From: the human T2T-CHM13v2.0 reference genome, Homo sapiens | Assembly: GCF_009914755.1 (NCBI RefSeq) | Contig: NC_060925.1 | Direction: 5' to 3' (one strand) | DNA length: 64,000 bases | In this document: in pieces, positions 14,346 to 27,123 of the stretch | Layout of the letters: each line of letters opens with the position of its first letter | Numbering within the stretch: position 1 is the first letter of the stretch | Notes under the pieces: model-generated | Seen by the model: only the letters and a program-made list of their open reading frames with translations | Told to the model about the DNA's origin: nothing | Database searches by the model: none | Position numbers and translations under genes: made by a program

Positions 14346-16924
14346 GAATATTCCAGTTATTAAAGAAAACACAATCAGGAAACTCACTGTCTTTTCATCT
14401 TATTTCTTCTTTGTCCTCCTAATTTGTGTAGAAGTTATTTTATTGCTAAATTATTATGAGACATATGCCATTTACATTAATTCTGCCACTTTAATCTCCA
14501 AATTTGTTTCAGTGTTAGTTCTTTAGTAAAATATATTTAATTCTCAATACCCTTGTGCCATAATATCTCCAGTTATAGAATCTCTTGGTTGGCTGAAATT
14601 TGATCTCTAGTTAGTAACCATCTCAAGAATGGGTTACTGAAACACTATTACCTGATATCTTCCATATTAAAACTTTCTTGTCTGTAGTTTTGTATGATTT
14701 CTGATTACTCACTTTTGTCGGTATGCATTGGTTCTCTTTTCTATAATTTTTCTTATGTATCTTTGTATCATTTGGGGCCAGTACTGTTTGTTTTTTGTTA
14801 ATTCTTATCAGAGGCTGATTTGAACTTTCCTAGAATGATTTGAAGTTAAGGCAAAGAGGCAAGGTATTCTTCCAGCATTTGTAACTCAGAGGTTCTCTCC
14901 TTTTCTGCTTTCACAGAGATGGACAGCTACCTACAAATATCTCTCTACTATATGACTCCCATTTCTTCTTTCTGATCTAAACCAAAGCCATGAAGGCTTT
15001 TGTTACAAACTCTGCTCGTGCTCGTTTTCTCACTTTTTATTGCAAACAGGATATATGGCTTGACCTTCAAGGTGAGCCCTTGGCCTCTAGAAGCAGATTT
15101 TTCCATTATAGTCTGAGATCTGCCACCACCAAGCCCTTTTGCCATTTTCCATGCTTCCTACACTTCACATATTCCTGCATGCCTCTAGCTGTTAAGCTGC
15201 CTCTAGGAACCCCTGCATATATTTTGAAGTTGGAAGATTGTATACTTCCAAACCTCTGTGAAAATTAATTATATGTATTTTCATTGTTGTGTTTATATAA
15301 TTTCCAGAAGGAAAGAAAGAATAATGCTGACTTAGAGTCATACTAGTAGTTGCAGAGTAAAGTTGATATATATTTTCAGATGTAGAGGGCCACACTTCTA
15401 AGATGTCCAGGTTCAACTGCACCATTACTTTGATTCCTACCCCGCAAAACATCAGCTACTGTGTTCCTCAAACTTGTTTACAAAATGAACTATAAATATT
15501 ACATAATGCCTTTTAGTTAAAGAAAATTAAAACAACGGAAGGAGGAAATTTTCTGCAGGGACTTTCTTGTAACCCCTTGGAAGAAAACATTCTCTCTTCC
15601 TCTTTCTGTCTTGCTCATGGCTTTCTCACACCCAAAAATCAGGTTTGAGTAAATACTTTTCTTCTTACAATTTCTTGCACTATCAATATGCTCTTTTTCT
15701 AGTTCTTGGATTGTCTATTTATTGATTTTTTTTTCTCTTTTCTGAGTGAAAATGCTGAATGCAGTTCCTCTAGAAAAAAATGCTTAACTTTCTGTCAACC
15801 TTCTGGTTTCCTTAGAGGATTTGGTACAACATAGAAATGTGATTGGCGATGTCTATTCTCAGGGGCCTGCCTCTCCTTTTGAAATAAACAATGGGTTAGG
15901 CAGTCCCCTGAAGTATACAGGCACCACTGAAGGCTATTATTCTGAATAATCTGCTCTGGCACAGGAACATTTATGCAAGGTGTTGAATGTCTTAAAATAT
16001 GCAGTGCTACATGAGTGCCTACAGCACCTCAGGGTAAAAATTGGGCCCAGTGTAAGAATGAATCATGGAGCCTTTGTGTTTTTCTCAATGTTCAGGCAGG
16101 TGTGTTGGCATTTACACATGCCTATGTGATGTAGTATTCAGAGGAAGATAAAACTCTTTGATGATTCTACATTTCTACTGTACAAAGAATTCATCACCTT
16201 GCTAAGACGGTTTGCTTCTAATTGTTATGTTGTTTCCTCCTTTCTCACATTATCTTGTTTCATGGACGAGGTGATTTTTACAAAGTTACATTTGCTTTTC
16301 ATTTAATTTTGCAAATATGCAACCAAATCAAAGGGAATTGCAGCGTGCTCTCATGTTTAAAGGAAAAATACACGTTGATATCTTCACTTTAGGGAAGAAT
16401 CCAATGTCAATGCATTCTGAAACTGAATATTTTCATAAGATAGATTTTGTTACTAAAGAAAATTATAAGAATTTCTGCTGAAAAAATATGATTAAATATG
16501 TATGCGGGAAGTTGCAGGGGCAGTTTGTGCAAGAAGTGAAGGGAGAAGTAAATAGCTATGCAGGAAAGAGGTAAGAAGGCCACACTCAAATGAAACATGG
16601 GAAGAAATGACAAAGCCTGTTTATGCTGAAGGCTATACATCCCACAGATTGAATCCTTAGTAACACAGACATAAATCCGTCAACGCTAATTGCACACTTA
16701 TCACAGAAATGACTTTGACACCTATGTTGAAGATTATCTAAAAAAAAGAAATAAAAGTGTTGTCCAATCCTTAAGGAATTGCCAATGAAGGTAAATTACA
16801 GAAACAACCAAATGTAATTCAAAGTAGAAGTTATGTTTTCAAGAAACAAAGAAGAAAGGATGCTTTATTTTGCTCAATGGGTATAACAGAATGTTTCTCA
16901 AGGTAAGGTTGAACCAGAGCATTT

Positions 16925-17225
16925 AAAAGATCTGGCCCCTGCACACCTTTTAATTCCCACTTTTATCCATTTCCACCAAGACACTTCTTACTCCAGCTTT
17001 TTTGGACTTGTTTCCATGTTTATTTATACTAACTCTCTCTTTACCACAGGGCTTCCTTTGCATAAAGTATTTAATCTGTCTAGGAGATTATTGCTCTTCT
17101 ACCATTTACCTTAACCCATAGTCTCTGTGAAGACAAATGAGATTATACACGTAATGGACTTAGAACAGTGTTTGGCAAATAGGAAGAGCTCAGTAAATGT
17201 TCAATACTACTAAGTAATAATAATA
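16925..17225 (+). mobile_element. L2 fragment followed by MIR 3' part
   Basis: 'atctggcccctgc'; 'gtgaagacaaatgagattatacacgtaatggacttagaacagtgtttggcaaatagga'. Confidence 0.55.
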
Positions 17226-18744
17226 AAATTGTAATGAATTTATTTTAATGTCAGGATCATATATACCCTCAATGGTTATATGTTTCAAAATGCCTAAGAA
17301 GAGTTGGTGGAGGAGGCAGCACTGGAAGCAGGCACATTGATAGAAAGAAACTACATTTTTAAAAGTAAGTTAAAAAGCAGTTATAAATAAGAAAAGCATA
17401 GCTGTTACAATCTGTAGCATAGATTCCCTGTAACAGGCTTTAAAGACATGGTTATATCACACCACAGTGTTATGACTGATAATTATTTCAGAAATTCAAA
17501 TTATCTGAACTTCTAGTTCAGGAGGCCAGAATATGAATAACCCAATTAAGAAATGCTTTCCTCCCAATCATGAAAATAAAAACAAAAACTTTTTAGCAAT
17601 AATGAATATTAATTTCAGTTACCTGGGAAATTGTCTTTATGTGACTTTCATCATTACTCTAAAATGGAAAAATATACTTCCATTTTTTATTATCTAGCTT
17701 ATTGACTAATATACAGCCTAAAGCAATATCTACTCCAAACCCATAAAGACCTCAGTTGAACAGATTGAATTAAAAAGAATTTGACCTGCTATCTAAAGTT
17801 TTCCAAACCTTGAAATTACATATATGTCATTAAAATAAATATGGGAAAACTAATAACACTGATTTAAAATATAAAAAATAATAAAGAATATTAAAATTAC
17901 TATTCATAATTTTTAGAGCATAGGAATGAAAACAGATTGTCACATAATGTCTTTAAGCAGCAACATTTTGCACTGCTTCAGCAAATACAAAATGTGAAAA
18001 ACATCTCAGATAGGAAAATAAGTTATGCTTGATTAGAGTACTTCTCTAGCTTTGATTTATCAATTGAGTAATTGATTGATTAATTGGATGTTTTACTTTA
18101 GTTTTAGAACTCTGGGAAGCAGGCAAGGTTGTGTTTGGAATGCAAAGGTACAACTTTTCAAGAATGAAACACATTGCTCTGCTAGTAGTTTGGTCAACAG
18201 AGCATTCAAAAATTCAGTTCAACAAACATTTGAAATTAATGCAATATTTGTTCACTTCATTAGCAAATGTACAAGTCCTTGCGAGTACAAGATCTTGTGC
18301 TAGGTGTTGAGGGTTCAGTATTGATAAAACACTGTCTACTCTTACTGGAATTACAATTTTAGGCAAGCACCCCAAATTATGCCATAATGAAATCAGAATG
18401 GATAGGAAGGTGGTGGGAGGAGGTTAGGAACACAGTTCAGAAGGAGCTATTAATTTTTCCGGGTAGAACCAGGAGTGTTTTAAGAAGAGCTGAAATTTGC
18501 ACAAGGTCTTTGGTAAAATTTTGCCAGGTAAGGTGCAGAAGTGTAATTCAGGCACAGAAGATAACAAGAGAAAAACTTGGAAGCAAAAAAAACCCACAAA
18601 AATCCCCCCAACAAAATACAGTTGTTCGTGTGATTCAATATAATTTCTTAAAAATAGTTTAGTGTGACAAAATATACAGTGCTGGAGTAGAAAAAAGAAG
18701 GATAGTTGAGACCAGATTTTAAGGGCATTATATGACTTGATGAA

Positions 18745-19284
18745 TGTGGCAGACAGACTCTAAGATGACCTTGTGATATTCATGGCTGATGCAATCCCCT
18801 ACCATTGAGTGTGGGCAGAGTCTGGGGCTTGTTCTAACCCACAGAATGTGGCAAAGGTGATGTGATTGCATTGCCTAAGATTGTAAACTCCATCTTATAA
18901 GGAGACTCTTTCCCTTGCTGGCTTTGACAAAGTAAGCGTCCACATTGGGAAGATTCATGGAACAAGGAATTGAGGCAGTCTTAGGTCAACAGCCAGCCAG
19001 GAACTCAGAACAGCTTCTGGCCAACAGCTCACAGGAGCTGAAAGATACTAACAGCCACATGAGCTTGGAAATGGATTTTTCCCCGGTTAAACTTCAGAGC
19101 TTGAAACAGCAGCACCAGCCTATACCTTGACTGTAAACCTTGTGAAACTCTGAATCAGAGTAGACAGCCAAACCATCCCTGGACTCCTGACCCACAGAAA
19201 CTGACATCATAAATACTGACATCATAAAAAATAAGACAATAAATGTGTTACAATATTGTTGCATAACCATAGCTAGCTAATACA
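18745..19284 (+). mobile_element. MLT1F-like solo LTR
   Basis: 'tgtggcagacagactctaagatg...ttgagtgtgggc...ctaataca'; 5-bp TSD atgaa/atgga; internal 14-bp tandem duplication actgacatcataaa at 19200-19228. Confidence 0.8.
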
Positions 19285-19388
19285 ATGGAGAATTTGGAGC
19301 TTATCTTAAAATCAATGGCAAGCCAGCTGCTAAATATTGTCAAGCAAGAAAGTGGCTTGACATCTTTCCTTTAGGAAAGAAAATCTAG

Positions 19389-19692
19389 GGCTAGGCGCGG
19401 TGGCTCACGCCTGTAATCCCAGCACTTTAGGAGGCCAAGGCGGGTGGATCAGGAGGTCAGGAGATCGAGACCATCTTGGTTAACACGGTGAAACCCCGTC
19501 TCTACTAAAAATACAAAAAAATTAGCCAGGCTTGGCGGCAGGTGCCTGTAGTCCTGGGGAGGCTGAGGCAGGAGAATGGCATGAACCCAAGAGGCGGAGC
19601 TTGCAGTGAGCCAAGATCGCGCCACTGCACTCCAGCCTGGGTGACAGCAAGACTCCATCTCAAAAACAGAAAAAAAAAAGAAGAAGAAGAAA
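19389..19692 (+). mobile_element. AluY
   Basis: 'gagaatggcatgaacccaagaggcggagcttgcag'; TSD aaagaaaatctag at 19376-19388 and 19693-19705. Confidence 0.95.
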
Positions 19693-22600
19693 AAAGAAAA
19701 TCTAGGAAGCAATGTGGAGAATAAATAGGATGGGGGAAAATGAAATGCATAAAATACAGCTTGGAGATTATTGCAACAGTCTGAGTGAGAGGTAAAAAAG
19801 AAAACTAAACTGGTAATACAAAAAATGAAGAGAAAATATTTATTTTTATTTTTAAGTTATATTTTAGGTTCAGGGATACATGTGTAGGTTTGCTATATAG
19901 GTAAATTGCATGTCACAGGGGTTAGTTGTACAGATTATTTCATCACTCAGGAAATAAGCATAGGCCCTATTAGGTAGCTTTTCAATCCTCTCCCTCCCCT
20001 ATCCTTCAGCCTAGTAGTCTCTGGTATCTGTTGTTCCCCTCTTTGTACCCATGTAGTCTCATTGTTTAGCTTTCATTTGTGAGTGAGAACATGCAATATT
20101 TGCTATTACGAAAATAGTGTGTGATGAACATTTGCATTCATGTGTCTTTATGACAGAATGATTTATATTCCTTTGGGTATATACACAATAATGGGATTGC
20201 TGGGTCAAATGGTAATTCTGTTTTAAGTTATTTGAGAAGTCATCACACTGTGTTCCTCAGTGGCTGAACTAATTTACATTCCCACCAGCAGTGTATAAGC
20301 ATTCCCCATTCTCTGCAACTCCACTAGCAACTGCTGTTTTTTGCCTTTTTAATAATAGCTATTCTGACTGGCATGAGATGGTATCTCATTGTGGTTTTGA
20401 TTTCTCTAATTATTAGTGATGTTGAGCTTGTTTCCATATGCTTATTGGCCACATGTATGTCTTCTTTTGAAAAGTGTCTGTTCAGGTTTTTAGCCCACTT
20501 TTCAATGGGGTTGTTTTTTGCTTGTTAATTTAAGTTCCTTATAGATTCTGGATATTAGAATCTATGAAGAACCTATCTTCATCAAATCATAATTTGCAAA
20601 TATTTTCTCCCCTTGTGGAAGTTGTCTGTTTACTCTGTTGATAGTTTCTTTTGCTGTGCGGAAGCTCTTTAATTGGGTCCCGTTTGTCAATTTTTGTTTT
20701 TGTTGCCATTGCTGTTGGCATCTTTGGGAAGAAAATTTTCCCAGGACCTATGTCCAGAATGGTAATTTGTAGGTTACCTTCTAAGGTCTTTAGTTTTAGG
20801 TTTTACATTTAGGTCTTTAATCTATCTTGAATTGATTTTTGTATATGGTGTCAGGGAGGGGTTTAGTTTCAGTCTTCTGCATATATCTAGCAGGTTATCC
20901 CAGCACCATTTATGGAATAGGGAGTCCTTGTCCTATTGCTTGTTTTTTGTTAACTTTGTCAAAAATTGGGTGGTTGTAGCTGTCTGGCATTATTTCTGGG
21001 CTCTCTATTCTGTTCAGTTGGTGTATGTGTCTGTTTTTGTACCAGTACCATGCTGTTTTGATTACTGTGGCCTTGTGGTATGGTTTGAAGTCAGGTAATG
21101 TGATGCCTCCAGCTTTTTAATTTTTGCTTAGGATCACCTTGGCTATTTGAGCTCTTTTATGTTTCCATATGAATTTTGAAACAGTTTTTTATAATTCTGT
21201 GAAGAATGTAATTGGTGGTTTAAGAGGAATAGCATTCAATCTAAATTGCTGTGGGTAGTATGGCCATTTTAACAATTTTGATTCTTCCTATTCATGAGCA
21301 TGGAATGTTTTTACATTTGTTTGTGTCATCTCTGATTTCTTTGAGCAACGTTTTGTACTTCTTGTAGAGATTTTTATGTTTCACCTCTGTCATTAACTGT
21401 ATTCCTAGGTATTTTATTCCTTTTTTGGCTATTGTGAATAGGATTGTGTTCTTGATTTGGATCTTAGCTTGAACGTTATTGGTGTATAGAAATGCTACTA
21501 ATTTTTGTACATTGATTTTGTATCTTCAAACTTTGATGACTTTTTTATTGGATCTAGGAGTTGCTAGGCAGAAACTATGGGGTTTTCTAGGTATAGAAAC
21601 AGATTGCAGATAGAGATAGTGTGACTTCCTCTTTCCCTGTTTGGGTACCTTTTATTTCTTTCTCTTGCCTGACTGTTCTGGCTAGGATGTCCAGTACTAT
21701 GTTGAACAGGAGTGCTGAGAGTGGTCACCCTTGTCTTGTTCTGTTTCTCAAGGGCAATGCTTCCAGCATTTGCCCATTCAGTATGATGTTGGCTGTGGGT
21801 TTGTCATAGATGGCTCTTGTTATTTTGATGTATGTTTCTTCAATGCCTTGCTTGTTGAGGATTTTTAACATGAAACGATGCTGAATTTTATTGAAAGCCG
21901 TTTCTGCATCTGTTGAGATGTTCATGTGGTTTATTTTAGTTCTGTTTATGAGATGAATCATATTTATTGGTTTTGTATAGGTTGAACTAATCTTGCATCC
22001 CAGGAATAAAGCCTACCTGATTGCTGTGGATTAGCTTTTTGATGTGCTGCTGGATTTGATTTGCTAGTATTTTTGTTGAGGATTTTAGCATCTATGTTCA
22101 TCAGGGATATTGGCCCAACATTTTCTTTTTTTGTTGCATCTAAGCCAGATTTTAGTATTAGGATGATGCTGGCCTCATACAATGCGTTAGGGAGAGTCCC
22201 TCCTCCTCAACTTTTTGGAGTAGTTTTAGTAGAAGTGGTACTAGCTCTACTTTATACATTTGGTAGAATTAGGCTGTGGATCCATCTGGTCCCTGTTGTT
22301 TTCTAATTGATAGGCTTTTCATAACTGATTCAATTTTGGAACTCATTATTGATCTGTTTAGGGATTCAGTTTCTTCCTTGTTCAACCTTGGGAGCTTATG
22401 TTTCTAGGAATTTATCCATTTCTTCTAAGTTTTCTACTTTGTGTGCATAGGTATTTGTAGTTGTCTCTGAGGGTATTTTGTATTTTTGTGGGGTCAGTGG
22501 TAATGTCTTCGTTGTCTTTTCTAATTGTGTTTATTTGGGTCCTCTCTATTTTTTTCTTTATTAGTCTAGCTAAGAGTTTATCAATCTTTTTATTCTTTAA

Positions 22601-24457
22601 AAAAATTAAAATTTGGATTTATCTTTTTTGCTCTTCATCTCTCAATTTCCTTCAGTTCAGCTCTGATTTTGGTTATTTCTTGTCTTCTGCTAGCTTTGGG
22701 GTTGGTTTGCTCTTGTTTTTCTAATTTTTCCAGGTGTGACCTTAGGTTATGAATTAGAGATCCTTTTAACTTTTTGATGTGGGCATCACTATAAAATTCC
22801 CTCTTACCACTGCTTTAGCTGTGTCCCAGAGATTCTGGTATCTCTGGGATACCAGAGTTTAGTTTCAAAGAATTACTTGATGTTTGCCTTAATTTCATTG
22901 TTCACCCAAAAGTCATTCAGGAGCAGGTTGTTTAATTCCAAGTAATTGCATAGTTGTAAGCAATTTTCTTAGTGTTGATTGTTTATTGCACTGTAGTCCA
23001 AGAGTAAGTTTGGTATGATTTCAGTTTTTTTTTATTTGCTGAGGGTTGTTTTGTGGCCAATCATGTGGTTGACTTTAGAGTATGTGCTATGTGCAGATGA
23101 GAATAATTTATATTCTGTTGTTTTTGGATGCGGAGTTCTGTAGATATTTATTAGGCCCATTTAGTCAAGTGTTGAGTTCAAGTCCTGAATATTTTTGTTA
23201 GTTGTATGTCTCAATGATCTGCCTGATACTGTCAGTGTCATGTTGTAGTCTCCCACTATTATTGTGTGGTTATCTACATCTTTTTGTAGGTGTTTCAGAA
23301 CTTGCTTTATGCATCTGGGTACTCCTACATTGGGTGGGTATATATTTACAATAGTTAGGTCTTCTCATGGAATTGAACTCTTTATTATTATTCAATGCCC
23401 TTCTGTGTCTGTTTTGATGATCACTGGTTTAAAGTCTGTTTTGTTGGAAATAAGAATAGGAGTCCCTGCTTTATTCTGTTTTGTGTTTGCTTGGTAGATT
23501 TTTCTTCATCCCTTTACTTTGAGTCTGTGGGTGTCACTATTTGTGGGATGGGTTTCTTGAAGACAGCATACATTTGAGTCTTGCAGTCTAGCTTCTTTAT
23601 CTAACTTGCCAATCTGTGCCTTTTGATTGGGGCACATAGCCCATTACTTTCAAGGTTAATATTCACGGGGGGGTGGGGGAAGGGAATTGGATCCTATCTT
23701 TGTGTTGTTAGCTGGTTATTATGCAGACTTTATTATGTGGTTGTTTTATAGTGTCCATAACCTATGTACTTAAGTTTGTTTTTGTGGTGGCTGGTAATGG
23801 TCTTTGCTTTCCATGTTTAGAACTCCCTCAAGTACCTTCTGAAAGGCAGGTCTGGTTGTAACAAGTTCCCTTAATATTTCCTTGTCTGAAAAGGGTCTTA
23901 TTTCTCCTTTGCTTATAAAGCTTAGTTTGGCTGGGTAGGAAATTATTGGTTGGAGTTTCTTTTCTTTAAAAATGCAGAATATAGGCCCCCAATCTATTTC
24001 AGATTGGAGTGTTTCTGCTGAAACAGTCACTGTTAATCTGATGAGTTTCCCTTTGTAGGTGACCTGTCCTTTCTTTCTAGCTGCCTTTAATATATTTTCT
24101 TTCATGTCAACCTTGAAGAATCTGAAAATTATGAGTCTTTGGGATGGTCATCTTATATAGTATCTTGCAGGGGTTATTTGCATCTCTTGAATTTGAATGT
24201 CAGCTTCTCTTGTGAAGCTGAAAAAGTTTTGGTGAATGATATTCTCAAATATGATTTCCAAGTTGCCTGCTTTCTCCCCTCTCTTTCAGGGACGCCAATG
24301 AGTTGAAAATGTGTTCTCTTTATATAACCTCATATTTCTTGAATGTTTTGTTCATTTTTTTAATTTTTTCTTTATTTTTGTCTAACTGTATTTTGGAGAA
24401 CCAGTCTTTGAGCTCTGAGAGTCTTTCCTCAGCTTGGTTGATTCTGCTGTTAATACT

Positions 24458-26399
24458 TGATATGGTTTGGCTGTGTTCCCACCCAAATCTCATCCTAAAT
24501 TGTAGTTCCTATAATCTCCATGTATGGTGGGAGTGACCTAGTGGGAAGTAATTGAATCACAGGGCAGTTTCCCCCATGCTATTCTCATGATAGTAAGTTC
24601 TCACAAGATCTGATGGTTTTATAAGGGGCTTCTCCCTCATTTGGTTCTCATTCTTCTCCTTCCTGCCACCATGTGAAGAAGGGCATTTGCTTCCCCTTCC
24701 ACCGTAATTGTAGGTTTCCTGAGGCCTTGCGAACCCTGAGGAACTGTGGTCAATTAAACCTCCTTCCTTTATAATTTACCCAGTCTTGAGCAGTTCTTTA
24801 TAGCAGCATGAGAATGGACTAATACAGTAAATTGGTACTGGTAGAGTGGGGTGCTGCTATAAGGATACCCGAAAATGTGGAAGTGACTTTGGAAATGGGT
24901 AACAGGCAGAGGTTGGAACACTGTGGAGGGCTTGGAAGAAAACAGGAAAATGTGGGAAAGTGTGGAGTTTCCTAGAGACTTGCTGAATGGCTTTGACCAA
25001 AATGCTGATAGTGATAGGGACAATAAAGTCCAGGCTGAGGTGGTCTCAGATAGAGATGAGGAACTTCTTGGGAACTGGAGCAAAGGTGACTCTTGTTATG
25101 ATTTAATAAAGAGACTGGTGGCATTTTGCCCCTTCCCTAGAGATCTTTGGAACTTTGAACTTGAGAGAGATCACTTAAGGTATCTAGCAGAAGAAATTTC
25201 TAAGTGGCAAAATGTTCAAGAGGGAGCAGGGCATAAAAGTTTGGAAAATTTGCAGCCCAATAACTAAATAGGAAAGAAAAAACATTTTCTGGGGAAAAAT
25301 TCAAGCTGGTTGCAGAAATTTGCACAAGTAATGAGGAGAGAAATATTAATCACCAAGACAATGTGGAAAATATCTCCAGGGCATGTAAGAGACCTTTGTG
25401 GCAGCCCCTCCCATGACAGATCCAGAAGTTTAGGAGGAAAAAAATGGCTTTACAGGCCCAGGGTCCCCCTGCTGTGTGCAGCCTAGCAACTTGGTGCCCT
25501 GCATTCCAGCTGCTGCAGCCATGGCTAAAAGGGGCCAAGGAATAGCTTGGGCCATGGCTTTAGAGGGTGCAAGCCCCAAGCTTTGGCAGCTTCTACTTGT
25601 TGTTGAGCCTTCTGGTACACAGAAGTCAAGAACTGAGATTTGGAACCCAAGACTATGGGAGCCCACCTCTTGCATCAGCATGACCTGAATGTGAGGCATG
25701 AAATCAAAGGAGATTATTTTGGGTCTTTAAGATTTAATAACTGCCTTGTTGGATTTCAGACTTGCATGAGGCCTGTAGCCCCTTTGTTTTGGCCACTTTT
25801 TCCCATTTGGAACAGGTGTATTTACCCAATGGCTGAACCTCCACTGTATCTAGGAAGTAACTAACTTGCTTTTGATTTTGCAGGCTTTTAGGTGGAAAAG
25901 ACTTGCCCTTGTCTCAGATGAGACTTTGGACTTCAACTTTTGGGTTAATGCTGGAATGAGCTAAGACTTTTGGAGACTGTTGGAAAGGCATGAAATGTGA
26001 GGACATGAGATTTGGGTGTGGTGGAATGATATGGATTGGCTGGGTTCCCACCCAAACCTCATCTTGAATTATAGTTCCCATAATCCCATTTCTGGTGGGA
26101 GGGACCTGGTGGGAGGCAAATGAATCATGGGGGAAGTTTTCCCCATGCTGTTCTCGTGACAGTGGTAAGTTCTCATAACATCTGATGGTTTTATAAGGAG
26201 CTTCCCCCTTCACTCAGTTCTCATTCTACTTCCTGCTACCATGTGAAGAAGGACATGTTTACTTCTCCTTCAACCATAATTATAACATTCCTGAGACCTT
26301 GACAGCCTTGTGGAACTCTGAGGCAATTAAACCTCTTTGCATTATAATATACCCAGTCATAGGCAGTTCTCTGTAGCAGTGTAAGAACAAACTAATACA
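24458..26399 (+). mobile_element. THE1D MaLR element: 5' LTR 24458-24826, internal 24827-26026 (deleted), 3' LTR 26027-26399
   Basis: Both LTRs tgatatgg...ctaataca; internal start 'gtaaattggtac'; 5-bp TSD atact/ataat; L1 text resumes on both sides. Confidence 0.93.
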
Positions 26400-27123
26400 A
26401 TAATTGTGATTTTATTATGAAATTTTTGTAGTGTGTTTTTCAGTTCTATCAGATCCATTTGGTTCTTCCTTATAATGGCCATTTCATCTTTCAGCTCCTG
26501 TATTGTTTTGCTGCAATCCTTAGATTCCTTGGATTAGAATAAAATTTTGACTTTCTTCTGAATCTTGATGCTTTTCATTTCTATCCATATCTGAATTCTA
26601 TGTCTGTCATTTCAGTACTTTCAGTCTGGTTAAGAACCTTTGCTATGGAACCAGCACAATCAATTGGAGGAAAGGAGATACTCTGGCTTTTTTAATTGCC
26701 AGAGTTCTTCTACGGGTCAGGTCCTTTCTCATTTGTGTAGGCTGTTATTCCTTTAACTGTGGTATAATTTGAATATCGTCCGTTGACTTCTTTTCTGGAT
26801 GTTTTCAGAAGGCCAAGACCTTTGTGCAGGGTCTTTATTTGTAGCTGAATTCTAATTTTTGTCCTTGATTTCACAGGTGGGTATATTAGCAAAATGTTTT
26901 TGGTGACGAAGTTTGGGCTATGACTCAGTAGATGGTGCTTAAGCATAATGGCCAGTAGGTAGGCTCTTGCTCAGCCATGTGGAACCTCTGTATTTCCTCC
27001 CAATTGTATCTGTGCTCCCTCTTAGTGATCTGAAAGTGTCGGCTCCTCCAGAATGCTGGCTGTAGATCTTAGCTTGGCATGCCCAGGATCCACACTGCAG
27101 CCCTGGGGTAAGCTCAGGCTTTA

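Larger units (their letters stand above)
18205..19830 (-). mobile_element. degenerate L2 hosting MLT1F-like LTR and AluY
   Basis: 'cagttcaacaaacatttg', 'tgtgctaggtgttgagggttcag', 'gagattattgcaacagtctgagtgagaggt'. Confidence 0.55.

Noticed and set aside
24923-25267. 114-aa ORF as a gene
   Set aside because: Remnant of the THE1 internal ORF, non-ATG start, truncated.
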